DNA of 38,850 bases from a virus (Duplodnaviria > Caudoviricetes): positions 1-38,850 of the IMG/VR virus record IMGVR_UViG_3300030433_001316; one strand, given 5' to 3'. The notes beneath the pieces were generated by a model. That model ran no database searches, was not told the DNA's origin, and saw only the letters and a program-made list of their open reading frames with translations. Every line of letters begins with the position of its first letter. Positions within the stretch are counted from its first letter, which is position 1. A program made the position numbers and the translations under genes. This document shows positions 8,473 to 18,809 of the stretch, one piece after another.

Positions 8473-10938
8473 GTGGCTGGAACCGTTGTCATTGACCTTA
8501 CGGCTAAGGACAATGTCAGCGCCACGCTGAGCAAGGTTGATGGGCAGGCGCAAAAGCTCAATAAGACATTTGTAGACAGCAAAGGAAAGCTCAGGAACGC
8601 TTCGGGCCAGTTCGTCAAAATGTCGAAGACTGCCGGCACAGCCAGGCAGAGCTTCAAGCTGTTAGGCACTACGTTCTCGACATACCTTGCGCCGCTTGTC
8701 GCGTTTGGAGCCGCGGTCAAAGGCGTCACTGATTCCCTAGCCGTTTTTTCGCAGCGCCAAAAGGACACGGCTGCTCTGGCTAATGGCATTAAGGGGATGA
8801 CGACGGACGGCAAAGCCGCGTTGGATTCACTCAAGCAAAGCGCCGATGAGCTTGGCAAAGCTACGTTGTTCGATGAGGAAGACTTCACCAAAGGCTTCAA
8901 GCTGCTGACCAGCTTCAAGACGATTGGCGTCAGCAGTTATGAAGACGTTGCCAAGACTGCGGCCGACATGGCAACGGTTTTGGACTCAGATGTAAACAGC
9001 ACTTTGCTCCAAGTTGCGAAAGCCTTGGAGGCTCCTGATGTTGGCCTTACTGCCTTGCAGCGTTCTGGCACGCGATTTACTGATTCGCAGAAACAGCAAG
9101 TGAAGGCAATGGTTGCCGCTAATAAAACGGCAGAAGCTCAAGCATTCATCCTTGCTGAGTTGAAGCGTCAATATGGCGGTGCGGCTGATGCTGCCGCCAC
9201 TGGCCTTGCTGGCGCGATGGACACCTTAGGGGAGGTGACAAGGGATGCCATGGAGGGCTTAGGTGCGCTGATTGAGCCTGGGGTTGCAGCAGGCATCAAC
9301 TTAATAAGCCAAGGGATTGAAAAGCTCACATCCTTTTTCCAAGGGCTAGCCGACGCTGTCTTGCCCAAGGCTCAGGCAGCATTTGAGCCAATTTTTGAAG
9401 TGATGAAAAACATTTTTGAACGAGTTGATCTTGAAGGTGCGGCCAATCTTATCGGCAACGTTCTTGTCATTGGAGCACAAACTTTCTTTGATGCGCTGAG
9501 CTTGATCACGCCAGTCATCGCAAAGATTGCTGAGGGCTTGTTCTTCCTTTTGGAGAACAGCCCGTTCGGCTTCATGGTCAAGGGAATCATGAAGGTGGCA
9601 GAGCACCTCGGCCTGACTAAGCCTCTTGTTAATCAGTTTGGCGCAGCAGCAGACGGAGCAAAGAAAAGCTTTCAAGATATGCCGCCCGCTATTGATGCAG
9701 CGGTAGACGCTCAAAAGCGCAAAATCGAATCACTGAAAGAGTCTGTTGGCTTGGTAGAGAAGGAGAAACAGAATGTCACAGCGCAGCAAGCGGCTTATGA
9801 AAACTCATTAAATGTTGCGAATGCAAGGTTGGACGCAGAGGCTGCAATCAATCAAATGCAGAATCAAGGTCTGCAGATTGCCTATGAGCAGGCTGGATCA
9901 GCGCAGCAACGGGCAAACATTGCTAAGCAGATTTTTGACAATGAAATCAACGGCGCAAGGATTGCTTATCAGCAAACGTTAAACAGCATTCAGGCAGAGC
10001 AACAGCGGCTGCAGTTCCGCAGAGAAGCGGCAGTCATTGAAGGCCAGATGATCCAAGCCAGGGGTGAACTGGCTGCTGCTGAGGCGGCTGCAAATGGAGC
10101 CAATCAAAAGCAAGTTGACGCAATTTTGGCGAAGACAAGGCAAGCGGTAGACGTTCAACGCCAAAACGTTCAGCTCATTGATGGACAAATACGGGCTCAG
10201 AAACAAGTTGCTGAGTTCCAAAAACAAGCCGCAAAAGCTGCTTTCGACGCCAAAACAATGACGGCAGAGCAGAGTCTCAAACAGAAGCTTGTCAGTGACG
10301 AAATTGGCATGAGCAAAAGAGAGGCAGATGCAATGGCCGGAAGGCTTGGCGATGGTGCCAGAAGCTCTGTGGATCTTGCCAATGGAACTGGGCGCGTTGC
10401 TTCTAACGCACAAAATTCTGCTCACATGTTCATTCAGGTTGCAGAAAATGCAGCCAGTGCAGCTGCGCAAATCAATGCGGCAGCGGCTGCACAGGAAAGG
10501 CTCAACAGGGCCCGAGCCGCCAAAGCAAGAAGCAGCAAAGGCGGAGGCAAAGTCAAGAAGCAAGCCAAGGGCGGTTTCAACAAAGGAGCTTTCCAACCCT
10601 TCGCCCAGGGCGGTGTCGTCAATGGCCCTACTCTTGGCCTGATCGGTGAAGGCGGTGAGCCTGAATACATCATTCCGCAAAGCAAGGCGGCTGGCTTCGC
10701 TGCTAACTTCCTGTCCGGCAAGCGTGGGGCTGGGGCGATCCCTGGCTTTGCAGAGGGTGGCGTCGCTGTGCCTTCATCAGCAAGCGTCAGCATCCAGACG
10801 GGCCCTGTGACTCAAATGGACGGCAAGAATTTTGTAACTACTCAAGAGATGAGCCGGGCTGTTCAAAGTGGTGTTCAGCAAACACTGGACATCATTCGTC
10901 GTGACAATGGCGTTCGCTCTCAACTGGGGCTGAGCTGA
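8473..10938 (+). CDS. Tape measure protein
   Basis: 821 aa, Ala/Gln-rich helical; C-terminal FAQGGVV...LIGEGGEPEYIIP motif. Confidence 0.92.
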   Translation: MAGTVVIDLTAKDNVSATLSKVDGQAQKLNKTFVDSKGKLRNASGQFVKMSKTAGTARQSFKLLGTTFSTYLAPLVAFGAAVKGVTDSLAVFSQRQKDTAALANGIKGMTTDGKAALDSLKQSADELGKATLFDEEDFTKGFKLLTSFKTIGVSSYEDVAKTAADMATVLDSDVNSTLLQVAKALEAPDVGLTALQRSGTRFTDSQKQQVKAMVAANKTAEAQAFILAELKRQYGGAADAAATGLAGAMDTLGEVTRDAMEGLGALIEPGVAAGINLISQGIEKLTSFFQGLADAVLPKAQAAFEPIFEVMKNIFERVDLEGAANLIGNVLVIGAQTFFDALSLITPVIAKIAEGLFFLLENSPFGFMVKGIMKVAEHLGLTKPLVNQFGAAADGAKKSFQDMPPAIDAAVDAQKRKIESLKESVGLVEKEKQNVTAQQAAYENSLNVANARLDAEAAINQMQNQGLQIAYEQAGSAQQRANIAKQIFDNEINGARIAYQQTLNSIQAEQQRLQFRREAAVIEGQMIQARGELAAAEAAANGANQKQVDAILAKTRQAVDVQRQNVQLIDGQIRAQKQVAEFQKQAAKAAFDAKTMTAEQSLKQKLVSDEIGMSKREADAMAGRLGDGARSSVDLANGTGRVASNAQNSAHMFIQVAENAASAAAQINAAAAAQERLNRARAAKARSSKGGGKVKKQAKGGFNKGAFQPFAQGGVVNGPTLGLIGEGGEPEYIIPQSKAAGFAANFLSGKRGAGAIPGFAEGGVAVPSSASVSIQTGPVTQMDGKNFVTTQEMSRAVQSGVQQTLDIIRRDNGVRSQLGLS

Positions 10939-11450
10939 TGGCGAACTACGACATCATGTGCTTCATGGAGTATTACGCCGACCGGACAAGCGTGGAAAAC
11001 GCATCCGGCATCCGCACTCCAACGAGGCAATGGCAGAACTTCTTTCAAGAGGGGCAGGAGCTTGGATCTGCAGACGCTGAATCAGATTCCACGTATTACT
11101 ACTTGGCGTTTGACGCCAAAGGTTTCGGCTCAACAGATGCCGCAGCAATCAATGATTTCAGGGTGAGCATGGCTGCAACGGCTGATCTGATTGACGTGAC
11201 CGATTCGGCAATCACGGCCGAAAACTTGGTGATTGCTTCTCTGTACGTTCAAGACACAGGCAGCGATTCATTTGATCCGTCTACTGCGCAGCTTGTTTCC
11301 AGGTACATCGGGAGCATTGACGGGGCTAAGGTTAGTGATGAGGAGGTTGAGTGGACTGTCAACCCGGCGATTGACAAGCTGAACCCGCAGGTTCCGACAC
11401 GAAAAATCACCGCTGATATGCTCAACAAAGTGAGGCAAAGGCTGCGATGA
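10938..11450 (+). CDS. Minor tail/tail tip protein
   Basis: Coupled to the tape measure gene; C-terminal PQVPTRKIT resembles tip proteins. Confidence 0.55.
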   Translation: MANYDIMCFMEYYADRTSVENASGIRTPTRQWQNFFQEGQELGSADAESDSTYYYLAFDAKGFGSTDAAAINDFRVSMAATADLIDVTDSAITAENLVIASLYVQDTGSDSFDPSTAQLVSRYIGSIDGAKVSDEEVEWTVNPAIDKLNPQVPTRKITADMLNKVRQRLR

Positions 11451-11653
11451 GCCAGCAAGTAATCGCGTTCAACGTGCGGATCATGGACACCAGCAACGTT
11501 GAGCGTTCTGACTTGGAGATCTTTTTCAACGGGACTAGCCTTGTCTACAGGGATTCAGATGGCGTTGAGTATGAACGGCAAACATTGCTTGGGGCTGATT
11601 TTCTAGTCCCAGAACCGATCGCAAGGCGTTACATGTATTTCTACGGAGGCTGA
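11447..11653 (+). CDS. Hypothetical protein
   Basis: 68 aa, ATGA overlap. Confidence 0.6.
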   Translation: MSQQVIAFNVRIMDTSNVERSDLEIFFNGTSLVYRDSDGVEYERQTLLGADFLVPEPIARRYMYFYGG

Positions 11654-11654
11654 A

Positions 11655-13619
11655 ATGGCAGGCAAAACAAGCCAACCCAAGGGGCAAGTCGGAACTATCG
11701 CTTCTAGGAGTGATGCCAGCGTCGAGAAAAGCAAAAAGCCTCAGCAGAACTTAGAGCGGGCACAGAACGTTGCTACGGCTGGCGACACTGTGCCGATTGT
11801 ATTTGCCAAGCGTGCAAACAGTGCTGGCGGTGTATGGGTGCAGCCGCCGCTAATCAAACAGGGCTCTTACAGATTCAACGGAAATTTTCTGTATGCGATC
11901 AGCCAGGGGGATATGGTCGATGATCCCGAGATTCACAGAACTTGGGTTGGTGATCGGATCATTTCGCATATTCCATCACAAGGCTCTGTCACAGCAACGC
12001 ATTTTTATTCGTCTTCAGCAGCGATGGCTGCTGCGCCAAATGTCTGCCCTATGACTGGGGGCAAGTTCTTCTGCGATGCGGACACTTCCCGCTACCTGAT
12101 GCTATATGAAAGGGCGGGTGGATACTCTGAGTATTATGAACCTGACGAGACGAACATTCATTGGACGTTTGGTTATTTGACGGTTGGAGAAGGGGACACG
12201 TCAAACAGTATTATTAGGTTTAATGGTGATGACCTGAAAGTCATTGAGATTGAGTCAGGGACTGACGTCACCTCTACTTACTGGCAAACCTTCGGAGGCG
12301 GGGTAAGTGATCCTTCAACAATCAATTTCAACACTAACGCAAGATATCAAAACCAACAAATTATTGGTGGAGAAACGGTAGGAACTATCAGTGGCACTTT
12401 CGACACCTATGGCGCAACTTTCGCCTCTGCTGGACTCGATTTTTACCAGAGCACTTACGGAGTTTCTAGTCCGGTTGTCACTATTTATGAAAGCGGCACG
12501 TTAATCAATCAGATCAACTCAAGCAACCCTGCGAGCACTGGCACTTTATTTGGGGTTTTGGTTGAACGCGGCGCATCGACTGTTCCAGATCCTGAAAGTT
12601 ATCCGAGCGGCTACGATTTCACCGTTTTTGCTGACATCACTTTCCTGCAGATTGAAGGCAATCTGTATGACACAGGGATTAGCGCGTCGAAGTATCCAAC
12701 CACAACTCGCCAGCTTTCCGTCTTTTATGAGCAGGGCATAAGCGTTGATCTGTACAGCGGCGGACTCGTTGGCGGTGTCTATGCGACTGGCGCAAGCAAT
12801 CAGTTTGTAGACCTTGCGATGCACTTGTTCACCCTCATCGGCCGGGCTAATGGTGCAGTGACGGCCGACATCTCAATGCCAATAGACGTCAGCAACCTGC
12901 AGGATATTGCTGCCTTCTGCACTAGCAATGGCACGTTCTTCAACGGTGTTGTTGAGCAGTCAATGAACGTCATTGACTACATCTCCAAGGTGTCGCCATA
13001 TTTCTTGCTTTCATTTATCTCTGAAAATGGCCGCTACAGCTTCCGAACTTTGCTGCCAGCCACTACAGGCAACGCTATTGATACAACAGCCCTGACGCCT
13101 GCCGCCACCTTCTCGGAATCAAACATTCTGCCTGGCAGTTTCAGCAAGACTTACAAAGAGGCAGACGACCGCCGAGAGATCAATATCAGCTTGGTCTGGC
13201 GTGAATGTACGCCGTTTGAAGTCGGGATTCAGCGTACTTCAACGGTACGTTTCAGCACCACGGACAATGATGCTGCCACTGAGCAGTTTGACCTCACTGA
13301 CTTCTGCGCGACTGAGGCACACGCATTGATCTTCGGCAAATATCAGCTCGCTTTGCGTCGACACTCAACGCACTCGATTGTGTTCAAGACACCGCTGGTC
13401 TTGTCAGGCTTGTCAGTCACAGATGTGATCAAGCTGCAGCGGCAGCGCATTAACAGCGCCGGTGACGACAGGGCTGAATCCGATCACTATCAAATCACCG
13501 CTATCCAGCATGAACTTGACGGCGTCACGACAATCACGGCGATGCACTTCCCATTGAACGGATCTAGCGTCAGCAAGATCAGCAATGAAGTTGTCAACGG
13601 GACTTTTACAACGGTCTGA
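11655..13619 (+). CDS. Tail tip/hub protein (gpJ-like)
   Basis: GDTVPIVF N-terminus; FFNGVV, FSESNILPGSF and FCATEAHA C-terminal motifs. Confidence 0.75.
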   Translation: MAGKTSQPKGQVGTIASRSDASVEKSKKPQQNLERAQNVATAGDTVPIVFAKRANSAGGVWVQPPLIKQGSYRFNGNFLYAISQGDMVDDPEIHRTWVGDRIISHIPSQGSVTATHFYSSSAAMAAAPNVCPMTGGKFFCDADTSRYLMLYERAGGYSEYYEPDETNIHWTFGYLTVGEGDTSNSIIRFNGDDLKVIEIESGTDVTSTYWQTFGGGVSDPSTINFNTNARYQNQQIIGGETVGTISGTFDTYGATFASAGLDFYQSTYGVSSPVVTIYESGTLINQINSSNPASTGTLFGVLVERGASTVPDPESYPSGYDFTVFADITFLQIEGNLYDTGISASKYPTTTRQLSVFYEQGISVDLYSGGLVGGVYATGASNQFVDLAMHLFTLIGRANGAVTADISMPIDVSNLQDIAAFCTSNGTFFNGVVEQSMNVIDYISKVSPYFLLSFISENGRYSFRTLLPATTGNAIDTTALTPAATFSESNILPGSFSKTYKEADDRREINISLVWRECTPFEVGIQRTSTVRFSTTDNDAATEQFDLTDFCATEAHALIFGKYQLALRRHSTHSIVFKTPLVLSGLSVTDVIKLQRQRINSAGDDRAESDHYQITAIQHELDGVTTITAMHFPLNGSSVSKISNEVVNGTFTTV

Positions 13620-13996
13620 TGGCTGATTTTCCTTCTATTGTTCCAAACCAAAGGACGTTTGGCTTAGGCAACAACCCGCAGGGCCAATACGAGAGCCCTG
13701 ATGGTGTTGGCGTTCGTTTCCTTTACAGCGAGACAAAACGCTTAGAGCAAACTTTGTCGCTTGAGTTTGTTGCGCTAACTGAGACGCAAATCAATTCAAT
13801 CACGAATCATTTTGCAGGGCAGGAAGGTTCGTTGATTCCTTTTGACCTGCCTTCTGAAGTCTGGTCAGGCTATTCCACAGTGCCTGTTAGCTCCAGCGAT
13901 TATCAATGGCGCTATGCCAGCACTTTTAACGTTGAATCGGGTGGCGTCACAGGTCGCTTTAACGTCAAGATTGACCTAGTGACGGTGCCGACCTGA
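13619..13996 (+). CDS. Minor tail protein (distal-tail/gpM-like)
   Basis: FPSIVPNQRTF...LSLEFVALTE...HF...G..IPFDLP...WRY. Confidence 0.6.
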   Translation: MADFPSIVPNQRTFGLGNNPQGQYESPDGVGVRFLYSETKRLEQTLSLEFVALTETQINSITNHFAGQEGSLIPFDLPSEVWSGYSTVPVSSSDYQWRYASTFNVESGGVTGRFNVKIDLVTVPT

Positions 13997-13997
13997 G

Positions 13998-14498
13998 ATG
14001 TCTACTTTCCCTGCTATCTCCCCAACGGTCCGGACCTACGTTCCAGGCAATGTCCCGGCAGACCTGCAGGCTGGGCTGAATGGTACGACTGTTGGTTTCA
14101 AGCGTGGCGCACGCCGAGTAAGACAGGTTTTGTCCTTGTCTTATTCGCATTTGACAGAGGCAAACATGATCCTGATCAAGGATCACTACATCGCCAGGAA
14201 GGGTACGTTTGAAATTTTTTATCTGCCTTCTGCGGTTTGGGGTGATTATTCAACCAGTCCCGTCGGATTAAATTATGCGTGGAGATACTCTGGACCCGTT
14301 GAGATTGAAGACGTTTCGTTTGACAGGTTTACTGTCAATGTCGAACTTGAAACCATATCAATCAACACCGGAGACCTGCACATTGACGGCGAAAACGCAG
14401 ATCCCAACACTCCAGAGCGGCTTTACAATATCGATGCGGGCAGTGCCTCTGCGACGCCAGCCCGTTCCCACCTCATTAACTCGGGGCTTGCTGCATGA
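13998..14498 (+). CDS. Minor tail protein, paralog of 13619-13996
   Basis: FPAISPTVRTY...LSLSYSHLTE...HY...GTFEIFYLP...WRY. Confidence 0.6.
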   Translation: MSTFPAISPTVRTYVPGNVPADLQAGLNGTTVGFKRGARRVRQVLSLSYSHLTEANMILIKDHYIARKGTFEIFYLPSAVWGDYSTSPVGLNYAWRYSGPVEIEDVSFDRFTVNVELETISINTGDLHIDGENADPNTPERLYNIDAGSASATPARSHLINSGLAA

Positions 14499-15796
14499 CT
14501 ATCAATCTTTCTGCGCTGCAGCAGCAACGCCGTGACACTGCTGCTAACTGGACAAGCGAAGACCCAACGCTATTGGCCGGTGAGATCGGATATGAAACAG
14601 ACACTGGCTACATAAAAATCGGCGACGGGTCCACGGCTTGGACTTCGCTTGCTTACATCCACGGCACGAAGGTCAGTGCCTACCCGCTGGCGACTGTTGA
14701 CATTGCCGATGATGCGATCACAGGCGACAAGCTTGCCAACGACATCACGATTGCAGGCAACCTGACCGTCAATGGCACCACCACAACCGTCAACAGCACG
14801 ACGGTCACGATTGACGACAAGAACATTGAACTAGGCAGCGTTGCTACGCCGACTGACACGACTGCTGATGGTGGCGGCATCACGCTGAAAGGGGCGACAG
14901 ATAAGACGATCAACTGGGTTGACTCAACGGATTCTTGGACTTTCAGCGAAAACGTTGATCTAGCAACAGGCAAAGACTTCAGGATCGCAGGCACTTCAGT
15001 CTTGAGTGCGACGACTCTTGGCAGTGGTGTTGTCAGTTCGAGCCTCACAAGCGTTGGCACGATCACAACCGGCGTCTGGAACGGTACGGCGCTTGCGACT
15101 GCTTACATCGCAGATAGTGCAGTTACTTCCGTCAAATTGGCCGATGATGCGGTCACTGCCGCAAAGCTGGCTGACACTGCTGTTACGGCTGGAAGCTACA
15201 CGGCGGCTGACATCACAGTTGATGCACAGGGCCGAATCACAGCGGCGGCTTCAGGAACACTCGGCAGTGCGGAGATTGCTGACTCTGCGATCACAACGGC
15301 AAAGATTGCAGACGATGCCGTAACTGCTGACAAGCTTGCGGATACTGCCGTCACGGCTGGCAGCTATACATTTTCAAGCATTACGGTTGATGCCCAAGGC
15401 AGGCTGACGGCGGCTTCAAGCGGCACTGTCCCTGCGGCCGACAAAATCACAGAGGGCAACACTGAGGCTGAGGTTGTTGATGCTGGCTCTGACGGCCACT
15501 TCAAAATCACAACTGAAGGCACCGAGCGAATTAGGGTTGGTCCTGCCGGGCAGATTGGTTTAGCTGGCGCAAACTACGGCACAAGCGGCCAGGTCATTAA
15601 AAGTGGTGGCGCATCGGGTGCTGTTACTTGGGGAGATGCGTCAGCCGTTGCAAGCGTCATCCTTGAAAGCCAACAAACAATTTCTAGTAACTACACTTTG
15701 ACAACCAATTACAATGGCGTCAGTTCAGGCACTGTGACCATCAACAACGGCGTGACGGTTACGATTCCTGATGGTGCTTACTGGAGGATTGTCTGA
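14495..15796 (+). CDS. Tail fibre protein
   Basis: QQRRDTAANWTSEDPTLLAGEIGYETDTG.IKIGDG N-terminal fibre domain; Thr/Ala-rich repeats. Confidence 0.88.
   Translation: MTINLSALQQQRRDTAANWTSEDPTLLAGEIGYETDTGYIKIGDGSTAWTSLAYIHGTKVSAYPLATVDIADDAITGDKLANDITIAGNLTVNGTTTTVNSTTVTIDDKNIELGSVATPTDTTADGGGITLKGATDKTINWVDSTDSWTFSENVDLATGKDFRIAGTSVLSATTLGSGVVSSSLTSVGTITTGVWNGTALATAYIADSAVTSVKLADDAVTAAKLADTAVTAGSYTAADITVDAQGRITAAASGTLGSAEIADSAITTAKIADDAVTADKLADTAVTAGSYTFSSITVDAQGRLTAASSGTVPAADKITEGNTEAEVVDAGSDGHFKITTEGTERIRVGPAGQIGLAGANYGTSGQVIKSGGASGAVTWGDASAVASVILESQQTISSNYTLTTNYNGVSSGTVTINNGVTVTIPDGAYWRIV
15107..15427 (+). repeat. Degenerate tandem duplication, 168-nt (56-aa) period, in the tail fibre
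   Basis: IADSA.T..K.ADDAVTA.KLADTAVTAGSYT...ITVDAQGR.TAA.SGT begins at 15107 and again at 15275. Confidence 0.85.
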
Positions 15797-15798
15797 TT

Positions 15799-16272
15799 AT
15801 GGCTTTCGGAACACTCAAGTGTGACGCGATCACCACAAGCACGCAGACGCTCAACATTGATGATCTGACGACCGCGTCAGATATTGGCAGCACGATTCAG
15901 GGCTACGACGCTGACACTGCCAAGACTGATGTTGACCAAACGTTTACCGCCGGGCAACGCGGCGAGATCACAACGCTGACAAGTGGCTCAACTGTCACGC
16001 CTGATTTTGACGACAGCAACAACTTCACGCTGACGCTTGGCACCAATGTCACGCTTGCCAATCCAAGCAACCTGACAGCCGGGCAATCCGGGTCAATCTT
16101 TTTGATTCAGGACAGCACCGGATCACGGACGCTTTCGTTTGGAACCTATTGGGACTTCGCTGGGGGCACTGCGCCCACGATTAGCAGCACAGCTAGCGCC
16201 GTTGACCGTTTGGATTACATCGTGCGGTCAACAACTTCCATCCACGCCGTCGTCACCCTGGCCTACTCATGA
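15799..16272 (+). CDS. Tail fibre-associated protein
   Basis: TLANPSNLTAGQSG.IFLIQD.TGSRTLSFG.YW.F.GG.AP motif. Confidence 0.75.
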   Translation: MAFGTLKCDAITTSTQTLNIDDLTTASDIGSTIQGYDADTAKTDVDQTFTAGQRGEITTLTSGSTVTPDFDDSNNFTLTLGTNVTLANPSNLTAGQSGSIFLIQDSTGSRTLSFGTYWDFAGGTAPTISSTASAVDRLDYIVRSTTSIHAVVTLAYS

Positions 16273-18245
16273 GCATTATTGGCAGCAATGTCTTGGCGGG
16301 TGCGTCTGGCTCTGCCCAAGAGGCGCTTTATGTCGACGACGTATTTAAGACCCAGCTTTACCGGGGCAACGCAACTGCCGATACTGACATCGATCAAGGG
16401 GGTGACGGCATTGATCTAGCCAGCGGCGGCATGGTTTTCATTGCTGGCCGCACTGCTACTAAGGCTCATCAGATCTACGACTCTGCGCGGGGCATCTCAG
16501 ATGGCTATCTCCAGCCTCATCAGAGCAACTTGCCAACCACTGACGCGAATGGCGTTACTTCCTTTAATTCCGATGGTTTTACTTTAGGAAATAGCACTAA
16601 TTCAAACAGCAGTGGCACCGATTTTTGCGCGTGGTGTTTCAAGAAGCAAAAAGGTTTCTTTGACGTTGTTACTTACATAGGCAACGGCACAGCTGGAAAC
16701 ACTGTTTCACATAGCCTAGGCAGCACGCCTGGGATGATCTGGATAAAAAGAACAAGCAATGCAACTTCAGATTGGGTTGTATTTCATCGAAGCCGTGGGG
16801 CAACCAAGGGTTTACCCCTAAATACAACCAGTTCAGAAACTGATTCTGACGGGTATTTCAACGATACAGAGCCAACAAGCACTGTGTTTACGCTTGGCAC
16901 GAGTTCCCAAGTCAACGCCGACGGTCATGAATATGTTGCCTATGTTTTCGCACACGATGATCAATCGTTCGGTGAGGACGAGGATGAAGCTGTTATCAAA
17001 TGCGGTCAATACACGGGCAACGGCACGACCAACAACTTTATAAATCTTGGTTTTGAGCCGCAATGGCTCATGATTAAGAGAGCTGATTCCACTGGAAATT
17101 GGTATTTAATCGACGACATGCGCGGGTTTGGTAGTGGGTCAAGCACGCAAGGAAGGTTATTTATAGATTCAGCAGGCACGGAAACTGCCATTAACCAAGT
17201 TAATTCTGAGACTGATGGATTCAGAGTTGTAACTACTGCGGTGGCGTTGAATGCGACAAGTGCGTCATACATTTACTGTGCAATTCGTCAGCGAAATAAA
17301 CCGGCTGAATCCGGAACAGATGTCTTCACTTGCGATGCTGCTGGGCTAAGTCAAGCTGCCAACCGCATCACATTGGAGGCAGATCATCGTGTTGACATGT
17401 TTATGGGAAGGCATAAAACTGCGAGCGTTCATACTCACATGTATGACAGGATGAGAGGTGGTGGAAGGACGCTGTTTTGGGGGCAAGCTAACGCGGAGAC
17501 TTCTGCAACCTCGCAGATACTCGGGCATTTTGATTTTCATACAGGCGTAGGTAGTGGCTCGTCGTCAGGAAACATGACAAGTCATGTGGGCTGGTTGTTC
17601 AAAAGATCGCCAGGCTTTTTTGACATTGTCAGGTTTCTAGGTAATGGCACAAATCCACGAACACTAAACCACAACTTAGGCGTATCTCCTGAGTGGGTTT
17701 GGGTTAAAAACATGACAACAGGTTATGCATGGACCTGCTGGCACAAATCATTTACGAATGACCGAGATTTTCATTATCTGCAAGGAACTGGCGGTAAATC
17801 AACTGCTTCGAATGACAACTTTTGGACCGCTGACGGTATTAGCCCAACTGCAACTACTTTCAAGGTTGGCAGCAACTTACCTGTTAATCAATCAAACGCA
17901 AAAATGGTCGCCTATCTGTGGGCTACACAAGACGGCGTATCAAAGGTCGGGACTTATTCAGGTTCTAGTAGCGATGTTGATGTTGATTGTGGCTTCACCG
18001 GGGGCGCTCGTTTTGTCATCATCAAACGCACAAACGGTACTGGAAACAATTTCTATGTTTTCGATTCCAGCCGGGGAATGTCTTCTGGGAATGATCCGCT
18101 GTTAAAGCTCAATGCCACCACACCAGAGGCAACAAACGCTGACTACATTGATGCAATCACTGGCGGATTTAGGATCAAGACAACAAACGTGCCCGCTGAC
18201 CTCAACGCCAGCGGCTCAACATACCTGTTCATGGCTATTGCCTAA
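16269..18245 (+). CDS. Tail fibre/receptor-binding protein with internal domain repeats
   Basis: Repeated GFFD.V...GNGT...H.LG..P...W.K and G.Y.G.....GF.....IKR units. Confidence 0.75.
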   Translation: MSIIGSNVLAGASGSAQEALYVDDVFKTQLYRGNATADTDIDQGGDGIDLASGGMVFIAGRTATKAHQIYDSARGISDGYLQPHQSNLPTTDANGVTSFNSDGFTLGNSTNSNSSGTDFCAWCFKKQKGFFDVVTYIGNGTAGNTVSHSLGSTPGMIWIKRTSNATSDWVVFHRSRGATKGLPLNTTSSETDSDGYFNDTEPTSTVFTLGTSSQVNADGHEYVAYVFAHDDQSFGEDEDEAVIKCGQYTGNGTTNNFINLGFEPQWLMIKRADSTGNWYLIDDMRGFGSGSSTQGRLFIDSAGTETAINQVNSETDGFRVVTTAVALNATSASYIYCAIRQRNKPAESGTDVFTCDAAGLSQAANRITLEADHRVDMFMGRHKTASVHTHMYDRMRGGGRTLFWGQANAETSATSQILGHFDFHTGVGSGSSSGNMTSHVGWLFKRSPGFFDIVRFLGNGTNPRTLNHNLGVSPEWVWVKNMTTGYAWTCWHKSFTNDRDFHYLQGTGGKSTASNDNFWTADGISPTATTFKVGSNLPVNQSNAKMVAYLWATQDGVSKVGTYSGSSSDVDVDCGFTGGARFVIIKRTNGTGNNFYVFDSSRGMSSGNDPLLKLNATTPEATNADYIDAITGGFRIKTTNVPADLNASGSTYLFMAIA

Positions 18246-18250
18246 TCATC

Positions 18251-18733
18251 ATGGAAATCCGCAACCGCCAAACCGGCGCTGTCATTACGATCAGCGAATT
18301 TAAGGCCGAGCATCCACGGACAAGCTTCCCAAAGCAAATTACTGCTGAGGTGCTTGATAGCTATGGATACGACGTTGTGCTGAACGGTCCTGATGCCGAC
18401 TTGTCGGGGCCATATCAGGTAAACCAACGGGATGGCGTTGAGCAGATCAACGGCAAGTGGTACAGCAAGTATGTTGCCGGTCCGGTCTTTACTGACAACG
18501 ATGAGCAAACTGCTGCTGAGCAGGAAGCGGCTTATCGCAGTGAAGTTGATAGCAAGGTTGCTGCCGATGTCCGTGAAGAACGTGATCAAAAGCTTGCTGA
18601 TTGCGATTGGACCCAGCTAGGTGACAGCACTGCTGACTCAACGGCTTGGGCGACCTATCGTCAGGCTCTGCGGGACCTGCCTTCTGCTGACGGTTTCCCG
18701 CATAGCGTCACTTGGCCTGCTGAACCTTCTTGA
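18251..18733 (+). CDS. Tail fibre assembly chaperone
   Basis: VREERDQKLADCDWTQLGD...WATYRQALRDLP...FP..VTWP motif. Confidence 0.88.
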   Translation: MEIRNRQTGAVITISEFKAEHPRTSFPKQITAEVLDSYGYDVVLNGPDADLSGPYQVNQRDGVEQINGKWYSKYVAGPVFTDNDEQTAAEQEAAYRSEVDSKVAADVREERDQKLADCDWTQLGDSTADSTAWATYRQALRDLPSADGFPHSVTWPAEPS

Positions 18734-18807
18734 TCAACTTTCTGTTCGGTGTCGCATTTGGCGTCCTGCTCGTTATGGGCTGGGCGCTTCTTTCCATGTC
18801 TGTCTAA
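18730..18807 (+). CDS. 25-aa single-transmembrane peptide (MINFLFGVAFGVLLVMGWALLSMSV)
   Basis: Read manually; TTG start overlaps the upstream stop (TTGA); fills the gap almost exactly. Confidence 0.45.
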   Translation: MINFLFGVAFGVLLVMGWALLSMSV

Positions 18808-18809
18808 CG

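Noticed and set aside
8274-10793. Long minus-strand ORFs (214, 233, 122 and 119 aa)
   Set aside because: Antisense to the tape measure gene; no recognisable motifs
14495-18245. Diversity-generating retroelement suggested by the Mtd-like fibre N-terminus
   Set aside because: No reverse transcriptase and no TR/VR pair; the fibre duplication differs at synonymous sites rather than at adenines specifically
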